Positions 39,887 to 51,312 of a DNA stretch of 64,000 nucleotides are shown piece by piece. Under the pieces are notes generated by a model. The model saw nothing but the letters and a program-made list of their open reading frames with translations. It was not told the origin of the DNA and did not search any database. A program made the translations under genes and the position numbers. The stretch covers positions 544,001-608,000 of the forward strand of contig CBDCTK010000002.1 in assembly GCA_965222225.1 (NCBI GenBank), read 5' to 3'. Every line of letters begins with the position of its first letter. The first letter of the stretch is position 1. This stretch comes from Candidatus Poribacteria bacterium (GTDB taxonomy: Bacteria; Poribacteria; WGA-4E; JAJDTR01).

Positions 39887-40894
39887 TTATTCCGAACCTT
39901 GGCCAAGGAGTTCCTCAACCGAAACCCCCATCTTGGCACCCTTTCCACCAAACACAGAACCCGTGACACGTTTTTGGAAGCGTTCCAAGGCGAGTCGATA
40001 AGCCTCATCAGGTAGTGGAATGTAGCCTACCTCTTTCGTCAAGGCATTTGCGTGCTTGAGATAAAACTCGACAAATCTTTCAACCTCGGGCCGTTCCGCC
40101 GACTTCTTACTCACATAGATAAATATTGGGCGGGAAAGGGGCTGGTAGGTGGAGTTCTTAACCGTTTCGAGCGATGGAAAAATCGGTCCGTCACCGTTTT
40201 CCACCTTGCCATCGTCGATGGGTACTAACTTCAATGAATCCTTATTTTCCTCATAGTATGCTAATCCAAAGAATCCTAGCCCATGCATATTATTGGAGAC
40301 CGCCTGAACGAGAACGTTGTCATCTTCGCTCGCCACAAAATCTCCACGACTCGCACCTTCTGCCCCGTTAATTGCTTTCGTGAAGTAGTCATAGGTACCA
40401 GAATCAACTCCGGGGCCTGCTAACGCAAATTTCTTGTCTGGCCAATCAGGTCGAATTTGATTCCAATGAGTAATCTTGCCTTGTGCCTCCGGTTCCCACA
40501 ACGTTCCAAGTTCGTCAACGGTAAAAAAATCTACCCAGTCGTTTTGAGGATGCACGACGACGGCTAACCCATCGTACGCCACAGGCAACTCTATGTACTC
40601 AATCCCGTTCTTCTCGCACAATTCGACTTCCGTTGGCTTGATAGGTCGCGAGGCGTCAGACATGTCGGTTTCGCCGCGGCCAAATTTTTTGAATCCACCA
40701 CCGGTGCCGGAGATTCCAACAGTAACTCTAAATTTGCGGTTCTCCTTCTGGTATTCTTCGGCAACCGCTTCTGTAATTGGATACACCGTACTTGAGCCAT
40801 CCACTTTAATTAACTTGGCGCCATATGCTGAACTAACTACAAATGCGCAGATGATAAGCACCACTAGCCTAACTTGGCTGAATCGGCAAAGCAT
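39887..40894 (-). CDS. pstS: Phosphate-binding protein PstS
   Basis: [36 protein letters not shown]. Confidence 0.95.
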   Translation of the reverse strand: MLCRFSQVRLVVLIICAFVVSSAYGAKLIKVDGSSTVYPITEAVAEEYQKENRKFRVTVGISGTGGGFKKFGRGETDMSDASRPIKPTEVELCEKNGIEYIELPVAYDGLAVVVHPQNDWVDFFTVDELGTLWEPEAQGKITHWNQIRPDWPDKKFALAGPGVDSGTYDYFTKAINGAEGASRGDFVASEDDNVLVQAVSNNMHGLGFFGLAYYEENKDSLKLVPIDDGKVENGDGPIFPSLETVKNSTYQPLSRPIFIYVSKKSAERPEVERFVEFYLKHANALTKEVGYIPLPDEAYRLALERFQKRVTGSVFGGKGAKMGVSVEELLGQGSE

Positions 40895-41050
40895 TTTAAA
40901 CTCCTTATGGATTTAGTGTTGCATGGAATGCCGCACGTGATTTGCCTCAATTAAAGATTCCATCTTCGATACATCCAGATAGATTGCAAATCTCAGATAG
41001 TTATCTTTTGGGGTTTCGCGTCGGCAATCTCCACAAAACGGTCTTTATTA

Positions 41051-42022
41051 ACCAATGGTGCTAGTTTGAAATTTGGAGGTTAATAAGCATAACATTCCCT
41101 TTTGGCTTTGCTTTAATGCGAAAGGTATCAGGGCATGAGACGATTTCCTCGATTCTACCGTTAATTTGAGTATCGGTAGCTATCAAATAACGGGAGGAAA
41201 TCTAGACTCATGACCATAGTAGATTTTATCACAGAACTGTTTTGTTGTGTTGATGATAAACTCTCACAGCACGGTAAAAACCATAAGCATAGCCAAGCCA
41301 AACTTTATCCGTCTGAAGTGGTTACCACTGCCATGCTCTTTGCGCTCAAGGGTGTGGGTAATCGAGCCTCCTATCGCTGGATAGCGAACAATTTCAAATC
41401 CTTATTTCCGAAGTTACCCGAGCGTACCCGATTGTTCCGCTTATTCGACGGGCATCAACATCTCATTGACGTTTTTATGGCGAATCCTTCGCTTATCGGT
41501 GGAATTGACACGTACGGTATTGAATTGATTCACCCGCGCCGAGAAGGGCGCTCTAAACGTCAAATCGGACGCAAAGGCATTTCCAACCAACGATGGATTG
41601 TAGGTGGAAAACTTTGCTTGCTACACAATCATCTCGGACTGATTGTCAACTGGGACTGCGACACTGCCAATGTACATGATGGGAGTGCCTTCCAACATCT
41701 CGTTGATGGGGTCAGTGACCAGATGGTTGTTTTTGCCGATGTAAATTTCGCCAAAGCGGATTGGTTCCCTTCCAACTTGCGTCTGTGCCGACGTGGCGAG
41801 TGGAATTCTCGGATGCTGGTAGAAACGATTTTGTCCATGTTGACGCTAGTGTGCCATTTTAAGAAAGTCATGCACCGTCGTTGGAGTTACTTCAAAACGC
41901 GAGTCGGCTTTACAATGGCTTTGTTCAATCTCTTGGTACAGTGGAATGGATTGTCGATTGACGACGATGGCTTTGTGCCTCTGTCAATAGCTCAATTCAG
42001 TCTCTAAACTAGCACCAAAGGT
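41051..42022 (+). mobile_element. IS982-family insertion sequence (972 bp)
   Basis: IRs accaatggtgctagttt and aaactagcaccaaaggt; TATTA duplicated on both flanks. Confidence 0.85.
41210..42007 (+). CDS. IS982-family DDE transposase
   Basis: FITELFCCVDD, LYPSEV, FPKLPERTRL, TANVHD, RMLVET. Confidence 0.85.
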   Translation: MTIVDFITELFCCVDDKLSQHGKNHKHSQAKLYPSEVVTTAMLFALKGVGNRASYRWIANNFKSLFPKLPERTRLFRLFDGHQHLIDVFMANPSLIGGIDTYGIELIHPRREGRSKRQIGRKGISNQRWIVGGKLCLLHNHLGLIVNWDCDTANVHDGSAFQHLVDGVSDQMVVFADVNFAKADWFPSNLRLCRRGEWNSRMLVETILSMLTLVCHFKKVMHRRWSYFKTRVGFTMALFNLLVQWNGLSIDDDGFVPLSIAQFSL

Positions 42023-42040
42023 TATTATATCACAAGAGTG

Positions 42041-42751
42041 TCACGGATTTATCGAAAAACGTGTTCGGTAGACTGTTCTGAAAACAAGAACTGCCAGAAC
42101 TGCACCAATAACCTGCATCAAAATGAACACCATTCCGTCTATAGGTTTCACGCCAGCTGCCGAGTACGTGAACATTCGTGCAAGTGTGACCTGCGGGTTA
42201 GCAAACATTGTGCTTGACGTGGCAATCAACTGGCCTCCGACCAATAGTCCCACAACTATTGATATCTTCTTGGACCGGCGCTGAACTAGCAAAAGAATCG
42301 TGAGAATGAGAATAAAGGTGCAAAGAATCTCAGCGAAATAACTCCCGCCCACACGGGTAACCTCAGAGACAGCAACCAAACGCGGTATTTCATGATAGAA
42401 CATCAAATGGGAAAAAATCATCCCTGTCAATCCGCCGCCGATTTGCATTAGAATGTAAAGAGCCGCTCGTCTCCAACTCATCGCACCGCAGATAACCGTG
42501 GCTAAGGTAACTGCCGGATTGAAATGTGCGCCGCTCACAGGCCCAAACATTTCAATTAGAGCAAAAAGGATGGTACCTACGCCGAGGGCGTCAGCCAATA
42601 CCGCGAGAGCAATCCCAGCGTTCAAAACCCGATTAAAGAGTATAATTGGTGAAATTGCAGCCATCACGAGAAAGAGCGAGCCAAGATATTCACTTAGAAG
42701 TTGCGCCGTAACTGAATATTCGGCTCGTTTTCCCGACATTGTGATACGCAC
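42041..42751 (-). CDS. MIP/aquaporin family channel (arsenic-associated AqpS-like subgroup)
   Basis: SGAHFNPAVT; second loop STMFANPQVTLAR; six TM helices. Confidence 0.85.
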   Translation of the reverse strand: MRITMSGKRAEYSVTAQLLSEYLGSLFLVMAAISPIILFNRVLNAGIALAVLADALGVGTILFALIEMFGPVSGAHFNPAVTLATVICGAMSWRRAALYILMQIGGGLTGMIFSHLMFYHEIPRLVAVSEVTRVGGSYFAEILCTFILILTILLLVQRRSKKISIVVGLLVGGQLIATSSTMFANPQVTLARMFTYSAAGVKPIDGMVFILMQVIGAVLAVLVFRTVYRTRFSINP

Positions 42752-42869
42752 TCCATAATTGAATATCTATTCAGAAAATCAAGTAGGTTTGGATGCAACG
42801 AAGGAGTGTGCTCTAGCCAATGTCATAATGCCCGCTGTTGAATTAAGAATCTTGCTACTCGACCATATT

Positions 42870-43841
42870 TCAATTCATCCGGAGCTGAAATACGATAGGA
42901 AGTTCTAAACGGAGCATCGAACCGCTCTGATCTTCGGGAAATGGTGGAAACGGAATGGCGTTTCGTACTGCGGCTAAAGCAGCATTGTCGAGTGATTTGG
43001 AGCCGGAAGACGCCACAACCTTGGCGTGTTGAATCGTACCGTCGCGAAGAAGTGTAAAACGCACCTTCGTGGTTGCACCGTCCTCCGCATTCCCCACGGA
43101 TGGTGGGTGGCGCTGTGCTCGTTTTATCTGTTCTCTGACCTGTTTTAAGAACTCTACGAAAGATTGCCTAGTATTGCCTAGATCTGCCGAAAAAGTATCG
43201 ATCGTGTCTGGGCTAAACGCTATTTCCGAGAACGATTGCGAATCGTTAAATTTGCTAATTATAGGCGCGGTGTCAAACTTCGGCGGTTCAAATTTAGGAG
43301 TGACCGTAGCCACACTAGCCTTGCGTCTCTCAAATATTAAACCTCTGTCCAAGCCTACATGGCTGGGCCCCGCCGTAGTTGCCACCAAAAGATTTCCTGC
43401 CGGAAGAGTAACCCGTTCGTTTCCCATTGACAGCCGCACACTTGTAGCAATTGGCTGAACCCTCGGGGCAGCAAGAGGGCGCAATTTCGGGGCTTCGGAT
43501 TGACGTTGCTTTGGTTCGCGTTTGATGACTCGTTTGTCAGGAATCGCTTCCATCATATCCGCCACCATAGAGTCGTCTTGCACGGCAATTTCTCGCACAA
43601 CGTAAATCCCTGCTACGAATATTGCTACACCATGTAGCGCTAGTGATACCAGTGCGGCAACGCGTCGTTTTGATGCATTTTTTCCTTTTGCACCTGCGAG
43701 TGGCGGTGCATTCCGGATTTGTATAACCGCTTCCTTGTACTCTGTTGAATTTGCCGTGGATGATGGTTTCTTGCTTGCCACGTCAGAAATCGGTAAACCT
43801 GCAGCCTCCCGCTTCGCACGCAGCATCTTCTTATACTGCAT
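42870..43841 (-). CDS. Energy transducer TonB family protein
   Basis: SLALH TM anchor, Pro-rich linker, C-terminal VRF...DG...SSG..LD.AAL.AV....PFPPFP. Confidence 0.82.
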   Translation of the reverse strand: MQYKKMLRAKREAAGLPISDVASKKPSSTANSTEYKEAVIQIRNAPPLAGAKGKNASKRRVAALVSLALHGVAIFVAGIYVVREIAVQDDSMVADMMEAIPDKRVIKREPKQRQSEAPKLRPLAAPRVQPIATSVRLSMGNERVTLPAGNLLVATTAGPSHVGLDRGLIFERRKASVATVTPKFEPPKFDTAPIISKFNDSQSFSEIAFSPDTIDTFSADLGNTRQSFVEFLKQVREQIKRAQRHPPSVGNAEDGATTKVRFTLLRDGTIQHAKVVASSGSKSLDNAALAAVRNAIPFPPFPEDQSGSMLRLELPIVFQLRMN

Positions 43842-43887
43842 TCTTTGTCTGAATGCCTAATATTTCGATGCACCAGATGCCATGTTG

Positions 43888-44379
43888 TCACTCCTTATAA
43901 CTGAGTAGTTTGTAACGACCATCTTTCTCGACAACCGAGCCGAGAATCTTTAGCGTTTTCTGTTGGCCGCTGTCGTTCTTTACGGTTAATACCGTACCCC
44001 GTAACAGTTGAAAATCCTTGTACTTTTCGGTTTTCTGCTCAAAGCCGAGTTTGACGAATGAAAGATTATTTTCTCCATGTCTCTTAATCAATCGCTGAAC
44101 AGCTCGGGAGCATTTTGTATCCAAATTTGACCACGCAAATTCTTCCGGGTAATTATATGGCGGTCCGCTCGCCGGAAAAGCGGGCCACATCCATGAGAGA
44201 TATTCTTTACGAGTCACCCTCAATTGATGTAACCCGCGGAAATCGCCTTGATTTAACGCTTCTACAACCGCTTGACCAATTTCGGACGGTGAGTTGAAAC
44301 CATTTTTCCACTCTCTATGTTCGCAGCCAAGCAGAATGCTTGTCAGTAGCAAGAAGAAAAAAGAAATCCGCCATACCAT
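43888..44379 (-). CDS. Hypothetical lipoprotein
   Basis: Lipobox LLGC; lies within the Pho cluster. Confidence 0.7.
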   Translation of the reverse strand: MVWRISFFFLLLTSILLGCEHREWKNGFNSPSEIGQAVVEALNQGDFRGLHQLRVTRKEYLSWMWPAFPASGPPYNYPEEFAWSNLDTKCSRAVQRLIKRHGENNLSFVKLGFEQKTEKYKDFQLLRGTVLTVKNDSGQQKTLKILGSVVEKDGRYKLLSYKE

Positions 44380-44420
44380 AGCTATACCAACTTACGCGTA
44401 ATGATTGACGGGACACGTGA

Positions 44421-44473
44421 GAAAAGAAAGTATCGGGGCCGAAGTGCGCTGCCGTCAGGCCCCGGATACTTTC
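44421..44473 (-). terminator. Stem-loop / intrinsic terminator after the lipoprotein gene
   Basis: gaaagtatcggggcc...ggccccggatactttc stem followed by a T-rich tract on the minus strand. Confidence 0.6.
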
Positions 44474-44497
44474 ACGAGTCACCGTTTCAGTGCAAGT

Positions 44498-45820
44498 TTA
44501 ATTCTGCGCTGTAGTTGTCCAACCAGCAGTCCAGTTGTCGTTGGGATCCACGCCACCGATGAAGTTCACAGACGTAAAGAATCCATCGGAAGGCGGTCTC
44601 GCTACGGATACCGAACCGTTCGTTGCGGGTGAACCACTACGTGGTCGGAAATCGGGGTTATTCAAGCTGAACGGATTGGTCAACATGGGGTCGACTTCGG
44701 CATTATTGAAGGCGGCATTCGATGCCCATGCGGCATCATCAAAACCATCTTTCTCTCCCGCAAAACTGCCAGGGTTGTTGCCAAAGAATATGTTGTTGCG
44801 CACCGAGAGTTTACCGCTATTGGCTTGGGCGTAGGTTACGGCATGGTTGATGTCGAGACCCGATTTATTAAATCCGGTTACGATGAAATTGCGATACGTA
44901 CCTGTCACTCCTTCGCGGATAAGCATACCGATGTCACTTTCAGGGCCGTTCGGGTCTCCAACAAGCGTTGCGTTGTAAATGGTGGCGCTAGAGCGTGGCA
45001 ACGCTTCGTTGTCCTTGCTGCTGTTATCGTTCTCGAAGCCGTTGTCTGCAGCGTCTCCACGTTGTTGAACAACCCAAAACTGTCCCTTCCCGGTCCAACC
45101 ATCTGTCCAGTCAAATGAATCGTCACGCGCACCTGTGACGAGCGCATATTTGATGTTCACAGTCCCACCGAACATCTCAATGCCGTCATCTTGATTGAAG
45201 TGGACTTGAACGTGATCGACCACCGTGCCGGTACCAACTCCTTGGAACGCGATTCCGTTTAACTCATTGTCCGGACTAAACTCAATGCCAGCCCATTCAA
45301 CTCGTATATAACGGAGAACTCCGCTGCTGTCATTAGGATTATTTCCGCCGAATGCACCCGTGTTTCCCTCACCCTGTGTTATTCCTTGGTTCGTGGGAGC
45401 CCGTCCATTGATGATTAAACCACCCCACTGTCCACGCTGGTGTTGTCCCGGTAGAGCGTCACTCGTAAAAACTATCGGATTGTCGGCGGTTCCTTCCGCC
45501 ATCAACTTCCCACCTTGCGCAACGACAAGTGCCCCGGTTGATGCACCTTCGCCATAAATGGTTGTACCGGCTTCAATTCTCAAGATTGCGCCATCTTGCA
45601 CAAATACAGCTCCGCGAAGCAGATAGTCATTGTCTGCCATCAGTGTACGTTCACCTGTGATATTGCCTTCAAGAATGGCAACTTTGCGACCATCGGAGGT
45701 GGTGATGAACGTTTCTTGGATAACGTCCATCATCTCCTCTTCGTCGCCGCAACCAAAAATGGTAAAACTAATTCCTATCACAACTGCAAGTGCAACATGC
45801 CGTAACGTACTTCTATTCAT
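44498..45820 (-). CDS. Beta-helix-like surface lipoprotein partnered with the TonB-dependent receptor
   Basis: Lipobox IFGC; GQWGGL, DSSGVLRYIRVE, ELNG, DDGIEMFGG, DDSFDW; C-terminal WTAGWT. Confidence 0.8.
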   Translation of the reverse strand: MNRSTLRHVALAVVIGISFTIFGCGDEEEMMDVIQETFITTSDGRKVAILEGNITGERTLMADNDYLLRGAVFVQDGAILRIEAGTTIYGEGASTGALVVAQGGKLMAEGTADNPIVFTSDALPGQHQRGQWGGLIINGRAPTNQGITQGEGNTGAFGGNNPNDSSGVLRYIRVEWAGIEFSPDNELNGIAFQGVGTGTVVDHVQVHFNQDDGIEMFGGTVNIKYALVTGARDDSFDWTDGWTGKGQFWVVQQRGDAADNGFENDNSSKDNEALPRSSATIYNATLVGDPNGPESDIGMLIREGVTGTYRNFIVTGFNKSGLDINHAVTYAQANSGKLSVRNNIFFGNNPGSFAGEKDGFDDAAWASNAAFNNAEVDPMLTNPFSLNNPDFRPRSGSPATNGSVSVARPPSDGFFTSVNFIGGVDPNDNWTAGWTTTAQN

Positions 45821-45850
45821 TTTGCTGAAACTCCTTTATTTTTCATTGAT

Positions 45851-48649
45851 TTAAAGACTATAACTCACACCGAACGAGAAAGATCGCCCAGTGCGGTATC
45901 GAATATAGGTTTTGTCACCTTGTTTAAAGATGACATCAGGATCGAGCAGATTCTTGGCGGAGAGACTCAACCGAAAATAGTCGGCAATGACTCTACTGAT
46001 AGTGGCGTCTAGTTGAGAACGCGGCTGCTCGAAGACATCGGGAATACCGTGATTCCCTACCTCAGCAATTCGACGCCCGAAAACGTGATATGCAATCGTA
46101 CCGGAAATGCCCAGGTCGGAATTGTTGTAACCCAATGTTGCGTTGACGATGTAGGGCGACTGGCCCTGCAATGCTCGTTCGGAAGATGTCTGAATGCCAA
46201 CATCGGGCAATTCAACTCGTGAAGAAATAAAAGCAGCGCAGGTGCTAATCGAGAAATCGCGTAGTCCTGAATAGAGCACGCTAAGATTTTGTCGTAATTC
46301 CATTTCGAGCCCGTAATTGTTTGCACCTAACGCATTGTCGTAAGTGATGCGAACTTCTGCCTGTGGCTCGACAATTTGTTCAATCGGCTTGTGAAATCTC
46401 TTTTAGAAAGCGCTAATGGCAATTACGCCTCCCAACTCGGGGAAGACCTCCCACCGAATATCGTAGTTTTGTATCTGGGTGCGCTCGAGGTCAGGATTGC
46501 CAAATTCCGTCCTTCCGCCTACAAAATCCGTGAATTCAAAAGGTGCCAATTCACGGAGGTCGGGTCGCGTAATGGTGCGGGATCCAGCGAATCGGAAATT
46601 CATCCGTTCGGTTATACGGTAAGCCAAATTCACACTTGGTAGGAGGTCAAATGTTTCCAAATCGGCAAGGATTGGTGGTGAACTAGCGAAGAAAGGATTA
46701 AATGTCGTGACGTTCTGGTCGGAGACTTCTAAACGTAATCCGGTCGCTAAACGCCATTTTGCAGACACCGGCAAGTCAACCATCACATAGTTAGCCATTA
46801 CACGGTCAGAGGCGAGATAGTTGTCATTTGCCCGCGTTGATTCGGTAAGCTCGAATCTCCGGGGAGCAATGTTTTCTAGCTTGAAGAGTTCTTCGGCTGG
46901 AGCAGAGAGGTCGACAAATTGGTCAATGTTGTCAGACGGCAGAATTCGAAATCTTCGTGCATCGAAAGTACGGTTTCGATCTCGCCACAGCACACCAAAT
47001 TTGAACAACCCCTCGGAACGAAACGGCACCTTCCAATCGACGCGACCACTATACTGATCGTCAACCAGATCAAAGAAGAACCGACTGCCACTATGTGTTA
47101 CATCGCGAAAAACAAAGGTTCCGTCGCCACGATCCTCGTAAATCATTTCACGATTATCGGGCTCGCTACGTGCCGCGCGGGCATACGTTAGTCGCCAATC
47201 CATTGATATGTCAAGTTTGTCGTCGCCTTCAAGATCGACTTCTCCCAGGTCAAAGTCGTGTTGACCGCCGAGTTGACTAGAGAAAAGTTGTCGCTCTACA
47301 TACCGAAGACGACCACTCCGCATGTCCGTATTTCGATCGTCGTTGAAACCTTCCCATATCCGCGTTTCGTCGTCGCCGATATGAGTAAAGAGTGTCTGTA
47401 AACTCACTTTCTGGGTTGGTGAAAAGCGCATGCTCGCATTGAGAACACTCCCCCAGTTCACTTCACGAGAACTTTTTTCGGCTTGGTAGGTTACTACGGG
47501 GGATAGTTCGTCGTTCAATCCTATCCGAAATGCGTTCCGCTCCTCGGTGCGATGACTGTGTTTGTTACCATATGAAAGGACACCAATATATCCGAACTCC
47601 TTACCAAAAAGTTCGGTGCTGTTGCCGACACTGAATTTGTAGCTTTGATTGACTGGCACCGTATCCCTTTCAGGGGTCCATACGTTGTTGAAGGAGCGTC
47701 CAAACGTCTGAATCTCCTCGGGAGTAAACCCTGAATCAGTGAAGTGACCACGCTCTCGAATTGGAACATCTGCCGCTTTTTCCACTATTAGCTTGGGTAG
47801 GTCACGCCCTCCATCATGAAAGCCAAGAAAATCCAGTCCTCCCCCTGCATAAGTCAAACCCCCTTCGCCAGTAGTTTGGGTGTTCATACTCGTTGACATT
47901 GATACGGACATTGTCGACGCTTCCGGAAAATCTTTGGTGAAAACCTGAACCGAGCCTCCAGCGAATCCACCGGGTTGGTCAGGCGAGAAGGTTTTAACGG
48001 TTTGAAGGCTAGACAGGAGGCTAGCGGGGAAGATGTCCATGGGAACTATGCGGCGGTTTGGCTCGGGGCTTGGGATTTCGACATTGTTCAGGAGCGTATT
48101 GCTATAACGTTCCCCAAGACCACGGACAAACACATACCGTCCGCCCACAATGCTAACCCCAGTCACACGCTTGATCGCTTGGCCAGCGTCGGAGGCAGGT
48201 AGCCGACTAATCTCTTCTGTGCTGATGCTGTCCTCAATTCTGGAACTTTGGAACCGTTTTTCAAGGAGTCCACGCTCCGTTGATTGGCTTAACCGAACCG
48301 GAAGTTTAATGGGATTTAACTGAACAACTTGAGGGGCGAGGGCTACACGAAATTCTTGTGTCGGTTGTTCCTGCGTGATTAAGATTTCAGCTAACACCTG
48401 TGGACTGTAGAAGGGCGCGGTCACCTTGATGTTGTACGCTCCTACCGCGAGCTTGAATGAGAATTTACCATCTTCATCGGTAGTTGTTTTTTCCGCCTTT
48501 CCAACAACTTTCACAACTACTTCAGGTATAGGCGCGTCTGTGTCAGCGTCTACCACAATACCTTCAACATTCGCATCTCCTTGGGCGAAAGAATACTGAA
48601 TTGATAATAACAGCGAAAGCCAAACCAGCCATATACTAAACCGCTTCAT
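45851..48649 (-). pseudogene. TonB-dependent receptor interrupted by an in-frame TAA at 46403-46405
   Basis: Signal peptide, carboxypeptidase-like domain, plug VRGLGERYS, beta-barrel. SAF*KRFHKPIE continues in frame into 45851-46303, ending GVSYSL. Confidence 0.88.
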
Positions 48650-48745
48650 CAGCGTACAAGTCCTTTGTCGTTCCGTCTTTGATAATTTTCTCATCCCAAT
48701 CAACACAATATCATGGCGTTAACATCTTATTTCCTACGCATACAT

Positions 48746-48800
48746 AGTATATTTCAGAGATGTTACAAAATCGTGGCATTGATTTGACTTTTTTGTGGCG
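48746..48800 (-). promoter_or_regulatory. Pho-box array and -10 box of the TonB receptor operon
   Basis: Minus strand cgccac/agtcaa/tgccac/tgtaac at an 11-bp period, then N9-TATACT. Confidence 0.78.
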
Positions 48801-49304
48801 TTTTAATCTACTTGTCGTTCTTGCTCAAGGGCTTTAGTCAAGTCCATTAATCGCAGCGTAATCTGGCTTCAAGACAAATTCATCACGCTTGGCGGCAATT
48901 CGCTAACCGTGACAACTGACTTTATTGCCCCTTCAAGGAAAAGTAATTTGATTTTAAATCTTGTGTGGCACGTCATTGGACAGTTATTGATGGCAATCCC
49001 ATTTCTCGTTGTGCGGATTTCGTCAATGTCATAATTCATCAAAGAGTTTGTTTGAATAACAGGTGGTAAAATCAATCTTGGTCTTTTGAGGAGGGTGCTT
49101 TTTCGTGTTTGGTTTGTTCCTGTTATATTCCTTTCGCCCTGCTAGGGCTTGGATACGTATTATTTCGGCGTTCCTATACACCTTTCGCCCCTCTCGGCGC
49201 TTTTGTCCCAAACTCAAGAAGATTACAACACCTTGATTGGATGACCGGAATTAGTTTCAGCGCTACAAGGCTACTCCGAATAGATTCTCAAACGCACTCA
49301 AGAG

Positions 49305-49349
49305 AATATAAATTAGACATGTTACAAAATTGTGACAACTTTTTGACTT
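49305..49349 (-). promoter_or_regulatory. Pho-box array and -10 box with no clear gene downstream
   Basis: Minus strand agtcaa/tgtcac/tgtaac at an 11-bp period, then N9-TATATT. Confidence 0.72.
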
Positions 49350-49784
49350 TTTTATGTCTTAGGATTCGTGGTAGTGATCGGTGGCTGGATGCCTAGGAGA
49401 GCACAACTCACTCTCATAGGTAGGAGGTAACTATCTCAAATTTAACCCGAATTGCCATCTTCATTCGAATAGGGGACAGAAACCGAGTTTTTTCCGCCGT
49501 GGAAACAGAAGTTCGACGAAATCCTAATCAATTTGCCTATTATTTAGCAAAAGTGACCCAAAAACTCGGTTTCTATGTTATAGATAGCAACTTGAGTAGT
49601 TTACTTAGTGGTGGGAGATTCCAACTACGAACCGGTCTCCAGTGGAATCGCAATGGAGGTTTGAGTTGGGTGTACGGCGTGGATAACGGATTTGGAGAGG
49701 ATGGAAAATAGGAAGGGAAATCGACGATTTGACAATCGCTAATAAATCTCGGTCGCTGCAACTACAAAAGTAATCAAACTGGAG

Positions 49785-51244
49785 TCATGCGTCCAGGTTA
49801 CTACCGCCCTGTTTAATTTCGGATCCAACTGTGCGCCAAGGACCGGTTATGGCAAGTGTGATTCCCGGTTTTTGAATGTTGACAAATAAGGTACTACCAT
49901 CCGGGGAGAAGGTAGAGCCTGCAAATTCAAAGATGTTCTTGGCGTTCCGAGCAAAGCGGTACAATCTTCCCTCCGGCGTTATACCGATTAGGAACTGTTC
50001 TGTCGAGCCATCTTCACACACGATTAGATCGCCCCATGGTGTAACGGTTAGGTTATCTGCGTTTTCCAGCAAGTCACTACTTTTTGATTCAATAAACAAC
50101 TCGAGTATTCCCGGATCTTTTTCCTCACCCGATGTGCCCTCGAAAGGACTCGGAGTGTATCGCCAAATCTGACCTTTCTTTCGCTCTCCACCGTTTGTGC
50201 AGGCAAAGAAAATGACTCTGTCGCTGTACCACATTCCTTCACCACGTGCAAACCTTGCCGCGCCCTTATCATGATATCCCTGTTTGCGAAGATCGTCCTT
50301 GGGGGATTCAACATTTTCAATGTCAACCCACTCCACGTTGAGCCTTTCTTCGACTGGTATAACGTCATGCGTCCAAGGCAAGAGGGTTTCAAGAGGACTT
50401 CTCCAATTTCGAGTGTCGGCACTCTTCAGATTTCGAATCTTCAAAGCTTGCAGACGCCCTCCTTCCGTCATTTTACCCGGGTGGTGGGGAATGAAACGGT
50501 AAACGAGTCCGTCGCCGCGATCCTCGGTCTGGTAAACAATACCTGTCCTAGTGTCCACGGCGACAGCTTCACGGTAAAATCGTCCCATAGCCTTCAAGGG
50601 TATTGGCGCAGCAAGCCCGGTAGCCAAAGCCGGCACCTCGAAGTTGTATCCGTGGTCTGTTTCAAATGTGTCTTCAACCTTTTGAACACATTCCTCACAG
50701 CTAATCCAAGCATTCCATGGGGTTGGCCCACCTGCACAATTACGCATGGTGCCAGCCAGACTAAGAAACTGTTTTTCCAATTCCTTTGTTCTGGTATTGT
50801 AAATAAGAGTTGTCGTACCACCGAGGGCAGGTTTTGTTCCTTGACCGAGATCGTGGAATCTCTCACTGTTAATCCTGCCAACTAATTCGTTGACTTGACC
50901 GTAAGCTCCGGTGCGCGCGTCGGTTTCCAGTTCGTGGTTTCGGACGAGAATGGTTCTGCCATTTGAACCCGGGAAAGCAGCCATACCGTCGCGACCTCCC
51001 GGCACCAAGAACCCATCATCCATCGTTTCCCGGTTTTGGAAAACGTATGGTATTTGAAGCCTAGGGGTAGATCAAGAACCCCGGCCGGATCGGAGCGAAA
51101 ACCGCCGTATGGCTCAATAAGGGATTCAACCGACGGGTTAGTCATGAGTTGACTGCATCCGAGGAATCCAAGAGTAAAGGCGGCAGATCCGGCCGTTAAA
51201 CCTGTACGCAAAAATTGCCGTCTTGAAATGTTATCGATCGACAT
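49785..51244 (-). pseudogene. phoX: PhoX-family (DUF839) alkaline phosphatase, Tat-exported, frameshift at ~51030
   Basis: SRRQFL Tat motif; LVRNHE, NCAGG.TPW..WISCEE, MGRF.REA, EFAG..FSPDG.TLFVNIQ.PG. Confidence 0.88.
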
Positions 51245-51312
51245 TTTGATTCTTCCATAGTACTGAAGGTCACATGAGATTTCAGATTCAATCCACGTTT
51301 CTACTTAATTTC

